From an uncultured Gammaproteobacteria bacterium (GTDB lineage Bacteria; Patescibacteriota; Microgenomatia; JALYQM01): a stretch of 64,000 nt of DNA. Below the pieces are notes generated by a model. That model had not been told where the DNA came from. It searched no databases and saw only the letters and a list, made by a program, of their open reading frames with translations. Shown here one piece after another: positions 60,957 to 64,000 of the stretch; the first letter of the stretch is position 1; every line of letters starts with the position of its first letter. The translations under genes were made by a program, and so were the position numbers. The DNA is taken from the NCBI GenBank assembly GCA_964535655.1, contig CAZHTP010000002.1:90054-154053 (forward strand), in the 5' to 3' direction.

Positions 60957-62864
60957 TTAATTAGCTAGGCTTTGTAGAAAACTGTTATTTCTAGAAGCAA
61001 AGTGAAGAATTTTAAGGTCAATATCGTTATAATAGAACTGTAACGGAAGTATTTCTTTCTTGTTTAGTTCTGGGTCAGAAATGCTGTCCCACCATTTATC
61101 ATTTTCCACCGTGAACCCAGAATCCAATAAGTTATTTAACATATTATGTGGTAATTTAATCTGGATATCTATCCCATTTGGGATCATTTGGTTGTCTTTT
61201 TTTTGACCAGCTATTTTGTCTTCTTCATTGCGTGGTCTTGCCTGAACAATAATTTTATCTACGATTGAACTAATTAGTTCTTTCAAGAGTTTTGGATCTC
61301 TATTTGTGCTTTGTAAAAAGTCTTTGTATTTTGTCTTAAATTGTTCAAAAACATCCAAATACCCGTCATATAAAATGAAATCACTCAATTGCCGATCAAT
61401 TTCAATAATCTTGTTTTCATAATCTAATTGCTTTTTAATAATTTGTTCTTTATACGCTTGTGCTTTTTCAGCAGAATACACTCCGTGCAATAACGCTTCT
61501 TCATTTCGTGCAATTTGTGCAGGTATACCACCAAGCAATTTCTTGTACTGCTTAATATCGTCTTGCAACTTATCCTTAGCTAATCTTGTAGATTTAAGAT
61601 CACCATAGTGTTTGTAAACTGCTGTAGGGTCTTTTAAGAGGTTTAGTATAAATTGTGTGACATACGCTTCAATTTGCTTAGCAGGAATAGGAATCACAGG
61701 GCATACAGTATCAAACTTTTTTCGGTTTTTCCTATTGCATTGGTAATAGTAAATATATTCTGTCTTGGCTTTATTTTTATGTTTAACACCAGTCCATCCG
61801 AATGATTGATTTTTGGTTAGTAACTTATTTTGATCCAAACTTTCACAATATTTACACTGCAAAAGACTTCCTAATAAATATTCATTTGTATTCGGCTGAT
61901 GATTTATTTTCCTCTCCTTTAGATCTGCGACTCGTAACTGTACAAGCTCAAATAAATGAAAGGGAATGATTGCTGGTTGACTGTATTTTGAGAGAGTCCA
62001 CTCATCTTTAGCGAGCTTTTTACCTTTTTTGGTTTTATTAAAGTAGTAACTACCAGTATATATATCATTTGTTAAAATTTTTTTGACTTGCTCTGCTCTC
62101 CAAAAGAAAATACTATTTTTTTTATTACTATCACCAAGTCTTTTATTGTTTATTATGGCTGAGTCTTCGGGACTTTCTATCATTTCTTCTTGTAGTAAAT
62201 CTGCAATCTGCTGATAAGTGTATTTATGGACACTAAAAAGTTCATGTATTCTTTGAACAATTTTTTCCTCACTAGGTAAAATAATCAATTTCTTATCTTC
62301 ACCACGAATGTATCCATATGGGGGTTGTTTTCCTGCTACCGAACCTTTGTTTTTTGCTACTTCTAGTCCTGACTGAGTTCTTTCAAGAATAACCTCACGT
62401 TCTAGCTCAGCTATCACTCCCATTATGCCAAGCATAGCCCTACCGAACGAATTTGAGGTATCGATGCTTTCTAATGCCGATATGAATTCAACTTTATTCT
62501 TAGCTAGAAAGTCACTTATTTCAAGTAAAATTGTTAGTTTTCTAGCGAATCTATCAATTTTATACACAAGTACAACATCAAAAGGTTTATTTTCACCAGC
62601 ATTTACTAAGTCTTCAATTAGCCTAGAAAACGCTGGACGTTCGTTAATGGGGGTGGTTCCTGAAATGCCATCATCAACATAAACATAGTTCTCACCAGCG
62701 AGAATCATTCGAGGTCTATTATCGTCAAGTACTCCTTTTGTTTTGATAATTGCTTCTACTGTTGCACGTTGCATTTCCAGACCGAACCTCTCTTTCTGAT
62801 CTTCGGTGGAAACTCGTAAATATATTGCAGCTTTTATTTGAGTTTGGGTATTTTCAATTATCAT
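60957..62864 (-). CDS. Large serine recombinase B (chimeric: last 43 aa belong to element A)
   Basis: YLRVST, DRFAR, PPYGY, zinc ribbon; collinear with LSR A up to NDxxW at the core. Confidence 0.92.
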   Translation of the reverse strand: MIIENTQTQIKAAIYLRVSTEDQKERFGLEMQRATVEAIIKTKGVLDDNRPRMILAGENYVYVDDGISGTTPINERPAFSRLIEDLVNAGENKPFDVVLVYKIDRFARKLTILLEISDFLAKNKVEFISALESIDTSNSFGRAMLGIMGVIAELEREVILERTQSGLEVAKNKGSVAGKQPPYGYIRGEDKKLIILPSEEKIVQRIHELFSVHKYTYQQIADLLQEEMIESPEDSAIINNKRLGDSNKKNSIFFWRAEQVKKILTNDIYTGSYYFNKTKKGKKLAKDEWTLSKYSQPAIIPFHLFELVQLRVADLKERKINHQPNTNEYLLGSLLQCKYCESLDQNKLLTKNQSFGWTGVKHKNKAKTEYIYYYQCNRKNRKKFDTVCPVIPIPAKQIEAYVTQFILNLLKDPTAVYKHYGDLKSTRLAKDKLQDDIKQYKKLLGGIPAQIARNEEALLHGVYSAEKAQAYKEQIIKKQLDYENKIIEIDRQLSDFILYDGYLDVFEQFKTKYKDFLQSTNRDPKLLKELISSIVDKIIVQARPRNEEDKIAGQKKDNQMIPNGIDIQIKLPHNMLNNLLDSGFTVENDKWWDSISDPELNKKEILPLQFYYNDIDLKILHFASRNNSFLQSLAN

Positions 62865-62953
62865 AATAGTTCATGGTAGAGTATCTCTGTTTAGTAAAAT
62901 TATTATGATTATCCTATATAACTGTGAACTATATCAAGAGTTTGTTATGAGTT

Positions 62954-63571
62954 TTAAGCCCATTCAATGTCTCGTGTGCTTGCTAGCTCTTTTCCATATT
63001 TTTGCAAGATTCGTTTTATACGGTCTTCTCCTGCTTGCTTACTTTCCTGAACTACTGGTTCAGTATGGACTGTTAAGGTGATGTTAAGTTTTGGAATCAT
63101 ATCCATAGCAAGTTTCATTGATTCAAAATATGTTCTAGTTTTGTACGAGCGTTTGATTGTATCTGTTTCTTGGTACATTTGTTCACGGAAGTAAGGAACG
63201 TCGATAACAAGGAACTGTTTTATTTGCTCTGATAGCGTTTCCTTGACGTTTATCTTCTCTATATCGAATTTTTGTTGCTCCTTTACTAGTGGTTTTGTGC
63301 TTACTTCTGAGGGTGTGAAGTGTTTATTTCGATAGTTATAAAGTGCGGTTCTGCTTGGTAGTGGTGTATTCGGATAGCTATCCGTTAATTGTTTAAGTAT
63401 TGAAGATGGGGAATAGTGTTGTTTGAGTAGTTTATCTATGTTTTGTTTTATCTCAGTTGGCAGTGATTGAATGCCGTCAACAAATCCTGCTTTTCGTATT
63501 TGTCTGGCTTTGTGTAATTGCCGTAGACGGTGGTTCTTGGTGTGTTTCGATACTTTACTCATACTGGACAT
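62954..63571 (-). CDS. Hypothetical protein, N-terminus resembling DUF3486/Mu gp27-type small terminase
   Basis: I.SLP.EIK..ID.LL....S...I...L......SRTALYNY. Confidence 0.4.
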   Translation of the reverse strand: MSSMSKVSKHTKNHRLRQLHKARQIRKAGFVDGIQSLPTEIKQNIDKLLKQHYSPSSILKQLTDSYPNTPLPSRTALYNYRNKHFTPSEVSTKPLVKEQQKFDIEKINVKETLSEQIKQFLVIDVPYFREQMYQETDTIKRSYKTRTYFESMKLAMDMIPKLNITLTVHTEPVVQESKQAGEDRIKRILQKYGKELASTRDIEWA

Positions 63572-63697
63572 AGTACACCCTTTTTTGACTCATTTAGCAA
63601 GGTGATTATGTAGTGTACTGGACGGTTTTTGAATATTTTATTTGAAACTCCCTCTATCTGAACTTACTATATTGGGAGTTTTCCAATACTGTATTTT

Positions 63698-63922
63698 CTA
63701 TACAGTTGAAGGGTATAAGTCGTCTACCGTTGCATTGAGTGCTTTTGCAATTCGGTAAAGGTTATATGAAGACGGTGTAATTCGGGCATTTTCGATCAAG
63801 TTTATATACGTTCTGGAAAACCCTGATTCGCCAGATAGATCATCAAGGGTCAAATTCTTCTTTTTTCGTATATTTCGGATATTGTTTCCGACTATTTCCA
63901 TAAACTTTGACTTGGAAAGCAT
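63698..63922 (-). CDS. XRE HTH regulator
   Basis: GNNIRNIRKKKNLT..DLS..SRTYI..IENA..PS..LYRIAKAL. Confidence 0.9.
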   Translation of the reverse strand: MLSKSKFMEIVGNNIRNIRKKKNLTLDDLSGESGFSRTYINLIENARITPSSYNLYRIAKALNATVDDLYPSTV

Positions 63923-64000
63923 GCCTTATTTATAGGAAAATGGACAAATTTTCACATCATAATATCGTTAACATTAGTTATTGATAATGCTATTAAGTAA

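Larger units (their letters stand above)
54951..61092. mobile_element. 6.1-kb integrative element A at tRNA-Lys(CTT)
   Basis: Core CCCAC at 54951-54955 and 61088-61092, each followed by nnnTTATCATTT..GAAC. Confidence 0.85.
61088..64000. mobile_element. Integrative element B (older resident at tRNA-Lys; continues beyond the window)
   Basis: Begins at the CCCAC core; LSR, TerS-like and XRE genes. Confidence 0.75.

Noticed and set aside
1-64000. Alternative genetic code (TGA=Gly)
   Set aside because: Conserved genes are full length under code 11, and dnaE and gatB end in TGA

Overview
AT-rich bacterial chromosome segment, genetic code 11. It is most likely Patescibacteria/CPR, Microgenomates-like; this is inferred from gene order, many apparently leaderless genes and Pro/Thr-linker surface proteins. 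Backbone genes: lemA-htpX, gatCAB, dnaE-rplS-rnhB-yraN-typA, gpmI, lexA, uvrB/A/C, secG and 7 tRNAs. Main result: four large-serine-recombinase (LSR) elements sit at the 3' ends of three tRNAs: Gly-CCC (relic), Glu-CTC (6.9 kb) and Lys-CTT (tandem pair, the second running off the window). In each, the att site lies inside the integrase gene. The integrated gene ends with a tail read from the antisense strand of the tRNA. A start-less, in-frame alternative C-terminal segment sits at the far end of the element and would be joined on excision. At tRNA-Lys the older integrase now carries the newer element's tail. Second candidate system: two GC-rich, signal-peptide genes share the layout promoter, boxA-like 12-mer, long RNA hairpins, strong SD, CDS, long 3' hairpin. 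One of them lies next to a PolA-superfamily polymerase-like gene. Also seen: a resolvase lacking its catalytic Ser paired with an LSR, intact but catalytically eroded PEP-synthase-, enolase- and ClpP-like ORFs, a divergent GGDEF protein, TTCGG-N6-TTCGG candidate LexA boxes and several unannotated small ORFs. All calls come from reading the sequence by eye; no searches were run.
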